Of a stretch of 64,000 bases of DNA, positions 1 through 9,830 are shown piece after piece. Position 1 is the first letter of the stretch; every line of letters begins with the position of its first letter. The notes under the pieces were generated by a model. The model worked only from the letters and a program-made list of their open reading frames with translations. It made no database searches and was not told the DNA's origin. The stretch is from Candidatus Poribacteria bacterium (GTDB lineage: Bacteria > Poribacteria > WGA-4E > GCA-2687025): positions 2,528,001 through 2,592,000 of the forward strand of contig OY762492.1 in the NCBI GenBank assembly GCA_963665845.2, written 5' to 3'. The position numbers and the translations under genes are program-made.

Positions 1-326
1 CGGTCATCCAGTCGGAGCCGGAGCGGCGGGAACAGCTGTGGAGAAACACGAAGATCATGCTGGAGGGGTTCCGCGCCCTTGGGTTCAATGTCGGGGATTC
101 GGAAACGCCGATTGTGCCGGTCATCATCGGTGACGACCTGCAGACGTTTCTATTCTGGCGCGCCCTGCTGGACGCGGGCATTTTTGTGAACGCCGCGGTC
201 AGCCCCGCCGTCCCGCCGGGAACCGCCCGCCTGCGCACCAGTTACACCGCCTCCCACACCGAAAGCCAGCTCTCCTATGTGTTGGAAACGTTTGAAAAGA
301 TCGGGAAACAGCTAGGCGTTCTCTAA
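1..326 (+). CDS. 5'-partial PLP-dependent class I/II aminotransferase (AONS/KBL/serine palmitoyltransferase family), C-terminus only
   Basis: Frame is open from the window edge; contains SETPIVPVIIG and VSPAVPPGTARLR motifs typical of alpha-oxoamine synthases. Confidence 0.8.
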   Translation, partial: VIQSEPERREQLWRNTKIMLEGFRALGFNVGDSETPIVPVIIGDDLQTFLFWRALLDAGIFVNAAVSPAVPPGTARLRTSYTASHTESQLSYVLETFEKIGKQLGVL

Positions 327-352
327 CCCGCGCCGCGGAGGTTTTGGAATGA

Positions 353-526
353 TTGACCGCATGCTGAAAGCTGGGACAGCTGAACGAAATCTTTATTCAT
401 GGAAAAAGATGCCGCCAACCAGATCGTCATTCCCGCGTAAGCGGGAATCTAGAGGCGCCGCAAACGACGTCCGCCCTTGCATTAAGACGTCATGCCGACA
501 TGTTCCAATTAAAGACGTAAGGTCTG
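353..526. mobile_element. MITE-like element family A (degenerate copy)
   Basis: Ends ttgaccgcatgctgaaagctgggaca...tgttccaattaaagacgtaaggtctg resemble those of copies 27630-27798 and 52893-53062; internal ATTCCC-N8-GGGAAT. Confidence 0.65.
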
Positions 527-534
527 GAATAACG

Positions 535-1893
535 ATGCGGAGACTGCTTTTGACAACGGCTCTGGCGTTGGCGGCGCTTTGGACGGCGCCGTCCGCCCGC
601 GCGCAGCCAAGCTATCTGGACGATATCCTTCCGATACTGAAACGCAGCTGCCAAGGGTGCCACAACCCCGCCGAACCCGCCGGCGACTTGAGCGTCGTCA
701 GCCATGCCGACCTGCTCAAAGGGGGCAAATCCGGCTCCGCCGTCAAGCCCGGCAAACCGGACGAAAGCCTGCTCTATACGCTCGTCATCGGCGACGAACC
801 GGCGATGCCGATGGGCGGCGATCCGCTTCCCCCCGAAGAAACCGACCTGCTCAAGCGGTGGATACTGGACGGCGCCAAAGACGACTCCCCCCCGCCCGAA
901 GCGCAGCCCGCCCTTGCGCCGCCTGTTTACACCGCCGCTCCCGTCATCACGGCGCTTGCTTACGCGCCGGACGGAGAGACGATCGCCGTTTCAGGCTTTA
1001 GCGAGACGCTCATTCTTTCCGCTGACGGAACCGAACGGATCCGCCGCCTCGTCGGAGAGGCGCGCCGCATCGAGTCGATCGCCTACTCGGAGGAGGGGGA
1101 TATTCTGTGCGTCGGGGCGGGTTCGCCGGCGCAGTTTGGACAGGCGCAGCTGTGGGACCCGAAGACGGGGCGGCTCATCCGCGCCGTTAAATCCACCTAC
1201 GACACGATCTATTCCGCCGTTCTCTCGCCGGACGGAAAAAGCGTCGCGTTTGGATGCGCCGATAAAACGGCGCGCATCGTCTCCACTATCGACGGCGCGG
1301 AGCTGCTGAAATTTGAAAACCACAGCGACTGGGTCTTCGGCGCCATGTTCTCGCGGGACGGAACGCATCTGGTCACCGGCGGACGCGACGGCGCGCTCAA
1401 ACTGGTCAACGTCGAACTAGGGCAATTCATCGACGACATCAACGCAAGCAACAAAGGCTACGGCGGCATCAACGCCATCGCCCGCCATCCGGGCGCCGAT
1501 CAGGTCTTGAGCGGCGGAAGCGACCGGACGCCGCGCCTTTACAAGATCTACCGCGAACAGCGGCGCGACGTCGGCAACACCGACTTCAACCTTGTCCGCG
1601 CCTATGAAGCGCAGGCGGGTTCCATCAACGCGCTCGCGTTCGACAAGGAGGGCAAGATTTTTGCTGTCGGCTCCGCGGGGGGAGAGGTCCGCGTTTATGA
1701 AACGGCGTCTGGAAAACGCGCTGCGCAGTTTCAGGGCGACTCCGCCGCTGTCTTTGCGCTCGCCTTTCGTCCTGAAAGCGAGGAGCTGGCGGTCGGCGGT
1801 TTCGACGGACTCATCCGCGTCTTCAACCCGAATACAGGCGAGACGATACGCGAATTCAGCCCCTTCCCCATCGAAAACGAAGCCGAAAAATAA
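535..1893 (+). CDS. Secreted Planctomycete-type cytochrome c domain + WD40 repeat protein
   Basis: Signal peptide MRRLLLTTALALAALW..ARA, CxxCH (CQGCH), GKPDESLL..MP..WI..GA pattern, multiple WD40 repeats; start moved from 349 to ATG 535 because the upstream part is repeat-derived. Confidence 0.8.
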   Translation: MRRLLLTTALALAALWTAPSARAQPSYLDDILPILKRSCQGCHNPAEPAGDLSVVSHADLLKGGKSGSAVKPGKPDESLLYTLVIGDEPAMPMGGDPLPPEETDLLKRWILDGAKDDSPPPEAQPALAPPVYTAAPVITALAYAPDGETIAVSGFSETLILSADGTERIRRLVGEARRIESIAYSEEGDILCVGAGSPAQFGQAQLWDPKTGRLIRAVKSTYDTIYSAVLSPDGKSVAFGCADKTARIVSTIDGAELLKFENHSDWVFGAMFSRDGTHLVTGGRDGALKLVNVELGQFIDDINASNKGYGGINAIARHPGADQVLSGGSDRTPRLYKIYREQRRDVGNTDFNLVRAYEAQAGSINALAFDKEGKIFAVGSAGGEVRVYETASGKRAAQFQGDSAAVFALAFRPESEELAVGGFDGLIRVFNPNTGETIREFSPFPIENEAEK

Positions 1894-1911
1894 CCCGAAA
1901 GGAAGACACGC

Positions 1912-2586
1912 ATGCGCCATGAAATTCTGCATCGCCCCTCCTACGCGCTCGGCGTCATACAGCTCGAATCCGGCGAACGGATACAGGCGGAACCCGGCGC
2001 GATGGTCAGCATGTCGCCGACGATACATCTGGAAACCTCCACGCGCGGCGGCATCCTGCGAGGTCTCAAACGCTCCGTTCTAGGCGGCGAAAGCTTTTTT
2101 ATGAACACCTTCACCGCGGAAGCGCCCGGCGAAGTGACCGTCGCGCCCGCCCTGCCCGGCGACATTGAAGCGATACAGCTGGAGGGCGAGTCGATCATGG
2201 TTCAGTCCGGCTCCTTCCTGGCGGCGGATACCGGCATCGAGATCGATTCAAAGTGGGGCGGCGCGCGGACCTTCTTTTCAAAGGAGGGGCTGTTTCTTTT
2301 GAAATGCGAGGGGGCGGGATCGCTCTTCGTCTCCAGCTTCGGCGCGATTCATCTGAAGGAGCTGGCGGACGGCGAACGGTACACGGTCGACACGGGGCAT
2401 ATGGTCGCCTTCGACAGCTCGATTCAGTACTCGGTGGCGCGGTCGGGCGGATGGAAAACGACGCTGCTTTCAGGGGAAGGTCTTGTGTGCAAGTTGGTCG
2501 GTCCGGGGCGTTTTTATATGCAGACGCGCAGCGACGACGCTTTTGTCAGCTGGCTTTCGTCCAAGCTTCCCAGCCGCTCTAGCTAG
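1912..2586 (+). CDS. TIGR00266/AIM24 family protein
   Basis: AEPGAMVSMS, GGESFFMNTF, VDTGHMVAF, SGEGLV motifs. Confidence 0.88.
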   Translation: MRHEILHRPSYALGVIQLESGERIQAEPGAMVSMSPTIHLETSTRGGILRGLKRSVLGGESFFMNTFTAEAPGEVTVAPALPGDIEAIQLEGESIMVQSGSFLAADTGIEIDSKWGGARTFFSKEGLFLLKCEGAGSLFVSSFGAIHLKELADGERYTVDTGHMVAFDSSIQYSVARSGGWKTTLLSGEGLVCKLVGPGRFYMQTRSDDAFVSWLSSKLPSRSS

Positions 2587-3425
2587 TCCGCCCGCGGCTT
2601 CATTCCCGCCCTCGCCGGCGGAAAAGCCGCCGCGCCCCGCGCCAAACCCCTGCCCCCTTTTCAAGGGGGAAACAACCCGCGCGCCTTAAACCCCCCTAAC
2701 CCCCCTTTTCAAAGGGGGAACAGCCCGCGCCCCACTCCCTGTCATTCCCGCGTAAGCGGGAATCTTATCCTTCGTCTGAACTAGGATTTGCATGATTGAA
2801 AAGATTGCCAAGAGGCTTGCTGAAAACGATACGCCGCCCTTGACATGCCTGCGACCCCAAAACCCTTTCATCCTATAAATCCTGAAAATCTTAGTTCAAA
2901 AGCAAGCGCGCCGCGCCAAACCCCCCCTGCCCCCCTTTTCAAGGTGGAAACAGCGCGCGCCTTAAACCCCCCTAACCCCCTTATCAAGGGGGAACAGCCC
3001 GCGCCCCACTCCCTGTCATTCCCGCGTAAGCGGGAATCTTATCCGTCGTCTGAACTAGGATTTGCATGATTGAAAAGATTGCCAAGAGGATTGCTGAAAA
3101 CGATACGCCGCCCTTGACATGCCTGCGACCCCAAAATCTGACTTCATGCTTAGAGTAGGGAAAGTTCTGGTTGTGAACGCGGACGGTTTCGGGGTTGACT
3201 CTGGATTCCCGCTTGCGCGGGAATGACGAATTGTACTGCTGGACGTTTGGATGAACGCGGACGTTGTCGGGTTGACTCTGGATTCCCGCTTACGCGGGAA
3301 TGACGAATTGTACTGCTGGACGTTTGGATGAACGCGGACGTTGTCGGGTTGACTCTCCGACTCCCCCTTGAAAAGGGGGAGTCTAGTCGGCGCCCTCATA
3401 GCCTGCCCCTTTTCAAGGGGAATCG
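2587..3425. repeat. Compound intergenic repeat cluster
   Basis: Direct repeat with ~274 bp period (palindromes at 2741 and 3015), 77-78 bp tandem at 3175-3357, CCCCTT-N3-AAGGGG hairpins, four ATTCCC-N8-GGGAAT copies. Confidence 0.9.
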
Positions 3426-3518
3426 GACGCAGCAGGCGAGAAAATAATCGATAGCTGTATACCATCGTCAACAGCTATCGTTACGTCTGTAGTTAAAGCG
3501 AACCGAAAGGCGGCGACA

Positions 3519-4271
3519 ATGTCTTCCATCTCCCGCATTGCGGCGGCGCTCATGCCGCTCCTGACGATCATGGTTCTCGGCTGCGGCAAGCGGACCGAGA
3601 ACCCCGACGTCGTCCATATCGTAACCGACGCCACCTACCGCCCGTTCGAATACTTTAATGAGAATCGGGAGCTGGTGGGTTATGACATCGACCTTTTCCG
3701 CGCCATCGGCGAAGCCGCCGGTTTTGAAACGCGGTTTCAACATCAGACGTTTGAAGGCGGCTTGGCGGGTCTCCGCATCGGCAAGTTTGACGCCATGATC
3801 TCCGCGATGACGATCACCGAAGAACGCCAAAAGACGTTCCTGTTCAGCGACCCGTATTACGACGCCGGGCAGGTTGTGGCGGTGCGGGAAGACGAGGCGG
3901 AGATCGACTCGTTTGAAGACCTGGCGGGGCGGATCGTCGGCGCGGTGCGCGGCACCACGGGATATTACAAAGCGACCGAGATTCCAGACGCGGAAATTCT
4001 TGAATACGACACGATTGAGCTCGCGTTCACAGCGCTTCAGATCGGATCGGTTGATGCGGTCGTGAACGATGAGCCGACATCGAGAGCCATCTCCGCCAAA
4101 CGCGGAGGGTTCAAACTGGTCGGCGGTCCGTTGACAAAGGAGCAGTACGGGATCGTCATGATGAAAGACAGAGAGGCGTTGGCAGCGCGCATCAACGCCG
4201 CGTTGAAGCTGTTGAAAGAAAACGGAGAGCTGGATCGTCTTCATCAGAAATGGATCGCCGGCGGACCGTAA
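3519..4271 (+). CDS. Polar amino-acid ABC transporter substrate-binding lipoprotein (SBP family 3)
   Basis: Lipobox VLGC; ATYRPFEY, GYDIDL, MTITEER, FSDPY motifs. Confidence 0.9.
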   Translation: MSSISRIAAALMPLLTIMVLGCGKRTENPDVVHIVTDATYRPFEYFNENRELVGYDIDLFRAIGEAAGFETRFQHQTFEGGLAGLRIGKFDAMISAMTITEERQKTFLFSDPYYDAGQVVAVREDEAEIDSFEDLAGRIVGAVRGTTGYYKATEIPDAEILEYDTIELAFTALQIGSVDAVVNDEPTSRAISAKRGGFKLVGGPLTKEQYGIVMMKDREALAARINAALKLLKENGELDRLHQKWIAGGP

Positions 4272-4295
4272 CCTTAATGGAAAGAGCGCCGCTTC

Positions 4296-5117
4296 ATGTT
4301 AGACGCATACCTGATTCTACTGGGCGCGCTCATCGGAGCGTTCGGATCGGCGGTTGGAGCCGGCGGCGGATTTCTGGTCGTCCCTCTGCTGATGTACCTG
4401 TATCCGGACGATTCTATAGAGGTCGTCAACGCGATTGCGATCGCGATTGTCTTTTTAAGGTCGCTCTCGGCGGCGGCCGCCTTTGGACGGCAGAAGCGAA
4501 TCGACTACCGTTCCGGCTGGCTTTTTGCCGCGGCGACGGCTCCGTTTGCGGCGCTCGGTTCCTATGCGATACAATTTGTGGACGCGAGCCATTTTCGCCT
4601 GCTGCTTGGACTGGCGCTGCTCGGTCTGGCGGCGCAAACCTTCTTTGCAAAGTTGTCGAAGCCGAGGCGTAAAGAGACGCGCTATGCGAATATCCGCCGC
4701 GAGCTGATCGACGCGGAAGGGACGCGCTACCGGTACGCATACCGCTTGGACGCCGCGGTCGCCTCCAGCGCGGTCATCGGTTTCGCCGCCAACTTTTTTG
4801 CGGTCGGCGGCGGCGTTCTTCGCATGCCGGCTCTCGTTCAGTGGCTTCGTTTTCCGGCGCATATTGCGGTTGCGACGACGCAGTTTGCGCTGGTCTTTTC
4901 GTCGTTTGCGGGCGTCGCGGTTCATTTGAGCAGCGGGGCGCTGGTTCCGCATTTGACGCAGACCGTCTATCTCGCTCTCGGCGCGGTGGCGGGGGCGCAG
5001 TTTGGGGCATGGTTCGCCAAAAAATCGAAAGAGGTTGTCCTGATGCGCCTGCTGGTTGCGGCTCTCGTCATTATTGGCGTACAATTGATCATGGGAGGCT
5101 TGGAGCCGCCTCACTAA
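4296..5117 (+). CDS. Sulfite exporter TauE/SafE family membrane protein
   Basis: GAGGGFLVVP and VGGGVLRMP repeats, AVATT, multiple TM helices. Confidence 0.85.
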   Translation: MLDAYLILLGALIGAFGSAVGAGGGFLVVPLLMYLYPDDSIEVVNAIAIAIVFLRSLSAAAAFGRQKRIDYRSGWLFAAATAPFAALGSYAIQFVDASHFRLLLGLALLGLAAQTFFAKLSKPRRKETRYANIRRELIDAEGTRYRYAYRLDAAVASSAVIGFAANFFAVGGGVLRMPALVQWLRFPAHIAVATTQFALVFSSFAGVAVHLSSGALVPHLTQTVYLALGAVAGAQFGAWFAKKSKEVVLMRLLVAALVIIGVQLIMGGLEPPH

Positions 5118-5131
5118 AAAAACAAGAAAGC

Positions 5132-5281
5132 AGTCTCTATAGACGATGGTTTCGATTTTTAGAGTGCCGTTTAGAATGCGGAGGCTGTCTGAAAAAACTC
5201 TGGATTCCCGCTTACGCGGGAATGACGGTTTGGATCGGCGGGCCGTCGCACAAAATATGAACGTCATCGCCTGTAGAGACT
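5132..5281. mobile_element. MITE-like element family B
   Basis: Inverted ends agtctctatagacgatg / catcgcctgtagagact; internal ATTCCC-N8-GGGAAT. Confidence 0.7.
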
Positions 5282-5314
5282 TCCAACAAAAAGAAAACAA
5301 GGCTGGGATGGTCT

Positions 5315-7885
5315 ATGAAACCGTTGCGTTCCTTCCGAAGCGTTTCAAAGTTGCCCGCCCCGCTGGAGCCAATGAGCCGTCTGGCGCGCAATTTCTGGTG
5401 GCGCTGGAGCAGCTCAACGCGGGAGCTTTTTGAAGAGCTGGATCCTGAATTGTGGGAAAAACTGGACGGCAACCCGACCGCCGTTTTGCAGCGTCTCAGC
5501 GCGGAGCGGATGGCGGAGCTGGCGGCGGACGACGCGATCCTGTTCCGCCTTCAGCGCGAGCTGGAGGCGTTTGAGGCGTACTACGGGCGGACGCCGGCTT
5601 TTTTGGAGGAGCCGCTTCCGCTTGCCGCCTATTTCTGCGCCGAGTTCGCTCTGGCGGAGTTTTTCCGCATCTACTCCGGCGGGCTGGGCGTCCTGGCGGG
5701 CGATCATTTAAAAGCATGCAGCGATCTCGGCGCGCCGCTGGTCGGCGTCGGACTGTTTTATCACCGCGGCTACTTTCAACAGCGGCTCACCCCGGACGGA
5801 TGGCAGCTGGAGGCGTACCCGTATAACGACGCGACGCAGCTTCCGATGGAGGAGGCGGTCGATTCCAACGGCGATCCGATCCATATTAGCGTCCAGATTG
5901 ACGGCGAAACGGTCTGGGCGCGCATTTGGAATGTGGATGTCGGACGGACGCGGCTGCTTCTGCTCGATTCGAATATGCAGAGCAATTCGTCCAATTTCCG
6001 CGCCGTTACGGACAGGCTTTACGGCGGGGATGAGAAACGGCGCCTGGCGCAGGAGATCATGCTCGGCATCGGCGGGGCGCGCGCCCTGGAAGCGCTCGGC
6101 ATTCGCCCGGATGTTTTTCATATGAACGAGGGGCATGCGGCTCTCCTGTCCGTTGAGCGGCTGCGTCAGCTGACGGCGCAGGGGGCGTCTCTGCCGGAGG
6201 CGCTGGAACGGGTTCGAGCCGCGAATGTGTTCACAACGCACACGCCTGTTCCGGCGGGCAACCGCGCCTATCCGTCCGCGCTCATGGAAAGCCAACTCAG
6301 CCCGTATCTGAACGAGATCGGCGTCTCCTGGGAAGCGTTTCGGAAGCTGGGGCAATCGACCGACGACCCAGAGAAGTTTGGAATGACCGACCTGGCGCTG
6401 CGCATGTCCAGCTATGCGAACGGCGTGAGTCGGCTGCATGGCGACGTCTCGCGGAAGATGTGGAGCAGGCTATGGGGGACGCTGCCGGACGAGGAGACGC
6501 CGATTGACCATATCACCAACGGGGTTCATCTGCCGACATGGGTCTCTAAGGAGATGGGCGCGCTGTTCGACTCGCGCTTGGGGCCGCGCTGGCGGACGGA
6601 GCCGGCGCATGAGAAGGTGTGGGAAAATGTGGACTCGATTCGCGCGTCGGAGCTGTGGCGGGCGCATGAACGCTGCCGCGAGAGGTTGATCGAGTATGCG
6701 CGGGCGCAGCTTAAAATGCGTCTGCGGGAACGGCATGCGCGCCTTTCAGAGATCGAAGCGGCGAATGAAGCGCTGGACGCCGAAACGCTCACGATCGGGT
6801 TCGCGCGGCGCGCGGCGACGTACAAGCGGCTCTATCTGCTGCTTCAGGACGAGGCGCGTTTGACGGCTCTTTTGACGAACGCCGAACGCCCCGTTCAGCT
6901 GATCATCGCCGGCAAGTCGCACCCGGACGACGGCGGCGGCAAGGAGATCATTCAAAGCGTCGTTCAATTTTCACAAAGCCCAGAGATACTGGGGCGGGTC
7001 GTTTTTCTAGAGAATTACAACATGCGGCTCGGAGAACTGATGGTCGCGGGCGTCGATATCTGGCTCAACACGCCAAGGCGCCCCTATGAAGCGAGCGGAA
7101 CGAGCGGAATGAAAGCCGCCGCAAACGGCGTTCTGAACCTAAGCGTCCTAGACGGATGGTGGGCGGAAGCGTACGAAGAAGCGGCGGAAATGGGGCGGCA
7201 TCTGGCGGGATGGGCGATCGGCGACCCGAGCGCGGACAACCTATCGGACGAAGAGATCGACATCATGGACGCCAACCTTCTCTATGAGACGCTGGAGCGG
7301 GACGCGGTCCCCGTTTTTTACGACCGCGACGAGGCAAACATCCCGCGCGAATGGACGCGCCGAATGAAGCAGTCGATACAGACCTTCGCGCCCCGTTACA
7401 ACATGCGGCGCACGGTGAGAGATTATGTGGAAAAGGCGTACCGCCCCGCGGCGCGGCGCCGAGCGCGTTTAGAGGAAAACAACGCCGCCGCGGCGAAGGA
7501 GCTGGGCGAATGGAAACAGCGCGTCGCGGAGCGGTGGAGCCATGTGAAGCTCCTTCGAACGCAGATCGATGCGCCCGACCCGTTGACCGCAGGCGAGCCG
7601 GCGCCGGCGGAGGTGGAGATGGACCTTGGCGGGCTGCTTCCGTCCGACCTGCGCGTTCAGGCGGTCGCCGGGCGGTTGAGCTTGACCGACATCGCCGCGC
7701 CGATGAGCGAAATGGAGTATTTTGACCTGGAATACAAGCCGGAACGTTCATCGGGGCAAAACGCCGTGTTTGCGGGCGAGCTGCGCGTTTCGTTGAGCGG
7801 GCATGTCGGCGTCACGGCGCGCGCCCTGCCGACCCATCCAAACCTGATGAGCCATGTTGAAACGGGGCTTATTCTTTGGGCTTGA
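5315..7885 (+). CDS. glgP: Alpha-glucan (glycogen/maltodextrin) phosphorylase
   Basis: YSGGLGVLAGDH, HMNEGH, FTTHTP, EASGTSGMKA (PLP lysine) motifs. Confidence 0.95.
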   Translation: MKPLRSFRSVSKLPAPLEPMSRLARNFWWRWSSSTRELFEELDPELWEKLDGNPTAVLQRLSAERMAELAADDAILFRLQRELEAFEAYYGRTPAFLEEPLPLAAYFCAEFALAEFFRIYSGGLGVLAGDHLKACSDLGAPLVGVGLFYHRGYFQQRLTPDGWQLEAYPYNDATQLPMEEAVDSNGDPIHISVQIDGETVWARIWNVDVGRTRLLLLDSNMQSNSSNFRAVTDRLYGGDEKRRLAQEIMLGIGGARALEALGIRPDVFHMNEGHAALLSVERLRQLTAQGASLPEALERVRAANVFTTHTPVPAGNRAYPSALMESQLSPYLNEIGVSWEAFRKLGQSTDDPEKFGMTDLALRMSSYANGVSRLHGDVSRKMWSRLWGTLPDEETPIDHITNGVHLPTWVSKEMGALFDSRLGPRWRTEPAHEKVWENVDSIRASELWRAHERCRERLIEYARAQLKMRLRERHARLSEIEAANEALDAETLTIGFARRAATYKRLYLLLQDEARLTALLTNAERPVQLIIAGKSHPDDGGGKEIIQSVVQFSQSPEILGRVVFLENYNMRLGELMVAGVDIWLNTPRRPYEASGTSGMKAAANGVLNLSVLDGWWAEAYEEAAEMGRHLAGWAIGDPSADNLSDEEIDIMDANLLYETLERDAVPVFYDRDEANIPREWTRRMKQSIQTFAPRYNMRRTVRDYVEKAYRPAARRRARLEENNAAAAKELGEWKQRVAERWSHVKLLRTQIDAPDPLTAGEPAPAEVEMDLGGLLPSDLRVQAVAGRLSLTDIAAPMSEMEYFDLEYKPERSSGQNAVFAGELRVSLSGHVGVTARALPTHPNLMSHVETGLILWA

Positions 7886-8441
7886 GCCGCCGAACGGACG
7901 GCGGGTCTAACGTCTGAAACAGAATGTCGAGCGGCGGGCGGTCGTCTAGACGAAGCGAAATGCTGTCCTCCACCGCGGCGGTAGAGCCTGAGTAATCGTA
8001 GACGCGCAGCCGCGTCCGCGCGTTCGTCTTCCAAACGAGATCGTCCAGCTGAAACGCCTCATAAAAATCGTCCGATTCGCCGGGGGTGAGATGCGTCGGC
8101 AGGGCGTTCCGGACGAGGCTGGCGAAAATGTCCGCCTCCGGCGCCTGACAGAAGCGGAGCGGTTTCCACGCGCGTCTGTGCCGTATATCCGCTTCGATTT
8201 TGGAGACGGTCGCGTCGCGCTGTTCGCTTTCGTTGTAGACGCGCAGCGACAGGAAAACAAGCGTGCTGCCGCCGCGCGTCAAAAAGCTGTTCGTGCCGTC
8301 CTTGAGCAGTTCGACGCGCAGGGCGACCCTTTCGCGCCGCCCCCTTCGGTTGAAAAGCCTACCCTGCCAGAGGTCGAACGCCCACCGCCCAGCCGCCAGA
8401 ATCAGCGCGACTAGGCTTAAAATGAACGCCGCCAGCGCCAC
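7869..8441 (-). CDS. Hypothetical protein with N-terminal TM helix
   Basis: 190-aa ORF abutting the sulfatase stop; hydrophobic N-terminus. Confidence 0.6.
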   Translation of the reverse strand: MALAAFILSLVALILAAGRWAFDLWQGRLFNRRGRRERVALRVELLKDGTNSFLTRGGSTLVFLSLRVYNESEQRDATVSKIEADIRHRRAWKPLRFCQAPEADIFASLVRNALPTHLTPGESDDFYEAFQLDDLVWKTNARTRLRVYDYSGSTAAVEDSISLRLDDRPPLDILFQTLDPPSVRRLKPKE

Positions 8442-9811
8442 TAGAGTATCTGATTTCTCGGAACCGCCGTCTCCAGACTGCCGATTCTGCGCAGGGTGAT
8501 CTCCTGCTCTTCAGTCGGATCGGGCAGACCCGTCTCGCAGAGCCGCTGGTCGACGAACTCCCGCATCTCCGCCAGAAGCTGCGCGGCAATCTCCGGGCGC
8601 TCGTTGATCAGGTTGTTCAGTTCGCCGGGGTCCGCCTTCAGGTCGTACAGCTCGTTCTCGGACAGGTTATAGACTTCAGGCGTATGCCCCGTCTCTTCGA
8701 TGAATTTCCATCGGTCAGTGCGCCAACCGCGCTTGCGCATCCATGCGTTTTCGGTGATGTAGACGCCTTCATGGACGCCCTCATGGCTGCCGTTCTGGAT
8801 GATCGTTTTGAGCGAGCCGCCTTCCATCCGGGCGTCCGCGGCGGCGTTTTCAAGCCCGCAGAAATCCAGTATGGTCGGCGCGGCGTCTTTGAGCGTCACA
8901 AGCCCGTTCAGGCGCGCTTCGCTTGGGACGCAGCCCGGATGTTTGAAGATGAGCGGAACCCAGATGTTCGTCTCATACATTCCATGATGGTCGTACCAGA
9001 GCTTGTGTTCATCCAGCTCCTCGCCGTGGTCAGCCGTGACGACCAGCAGCGTGTTGTCGGTCAAGCCCGTTTCGTCCAGATATGCCCAGAGCCGCCCCAT
9101 GGTATCGTCCATGTAGGCGATTTCGGCGTCGTAAAGCGCGTTCACATAGTCTCGGTCCGTCCAGAGGCGCGCTTTGGAACGGTCGTCGGGGTCGTTTTCG
9201 TCCGGCTTGAACATCCAGTTCATGAAGTAGTATTTGAACGGCTCGCAGTCGTACACCTCGTCCATGGAGCGGTTGTCGGGGTCGCATTCGTCGCCGCTGT
9301 AAAACATGCGCTCCCACGGTTCCGGCGGCAGGTAGGGCGTGTGCGGATCCCAGTAATGCAGAAAGGCGAAGAACGGCTTGTCCTGACCGCGCGCGGCGTC
9401 CAGAACCTTCAAGGCGGTTTTGTTGACCGCTTCCGCCTTGCGCGCGCCTTTGTATTTCATCGTCCATGAGTAGCCTTCGTACAAATCAAAACCGCGCGAG
9501 AACCAGCGCCCAAGGTTGTCCGCCGCCACGGTGAAATAACCATGCTTCTGCATGATCTGCGCGAGCGTCGGTATGTTCTCGTCCAGGTTTTTCCGTCCGC
9601 CCTGCGCGATGATCTGATGCGTGAAAACATCTTTCCCTGTGAAAAGCGTCGTATGCGCAGGATGCGTCGGGATATGCGGCGAAATGCAGGTTTCAAACAG
9701 CGTTCCGCCCTCGGCGATGCGGTCAAGGTTGGGCGAGGTGCGCCTCTCATACCCGTAGCAGGAGAGGCTTTGCGCCCGCGTCGTGTCGAGCGAGATGAGT
9801 ATGACGTTCAT
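8441..9811 (-). CDS. Sulfatase-like hydrolase (alkaline phosphatase superfamily)
   Basis: NVILISLDT, PTHPAH..LFTG, HYWDPHTPY, ADHGE, ELYDL..DP.E..N; start set at ATG 9811. Confidence 0.88.
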   Translation of the reverse strand: MNVILISLDTTRAQSLSCYGYERRTSPNLDRIAEGGTLFETCISPHIPTHPAHTTLFTGKDVFTHQIIAQGGRKNLDENIPTLAQIMQKHGYFTVAADNLGRWFSRGFDLYEGYSWTMKYKGARKAEAVNKTALKVLDAARGQDKPFFAFLHYWDPHTPYLPPEPWERMFYSGDECDPDNRSMDEVYDCEPFKYYFMNWMFKPDENDPDDRSKARLWTDRDYVNALYDAEIAYMDDTMGRLWAYLDETGLTDNTLLVVTADHGEELDEHKLWYDHHGMYETNIWVPLIFKHPGCVPSEARLNGLVTLKDAAPTILDFCGLENAAADARMEGGSLKTIIQNGSHEGVHEGVYITENAWMRKRGWRTDRWKFIEETGHTPEVYNLSENELYDLKADPGELNNLINERPEIAAQLLAEMREFVDQRLCETGLPDPTEEQEITLRRIGSLETAVPRNQIL

Positions 9812-9830
9812 TCCGAGATTCCTTTGACGT

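Noticed and set aside
2686-3471. Short ORFs containing SFPRKRES / VIPA.AGI / DSRLRGND / PLKRG (also at 5146, 22380, 27570, 35909-36426, 43154, 47211, 48620, 50462-50952)
   Set aside because: Translations of the intergenic repeats, not independent genes
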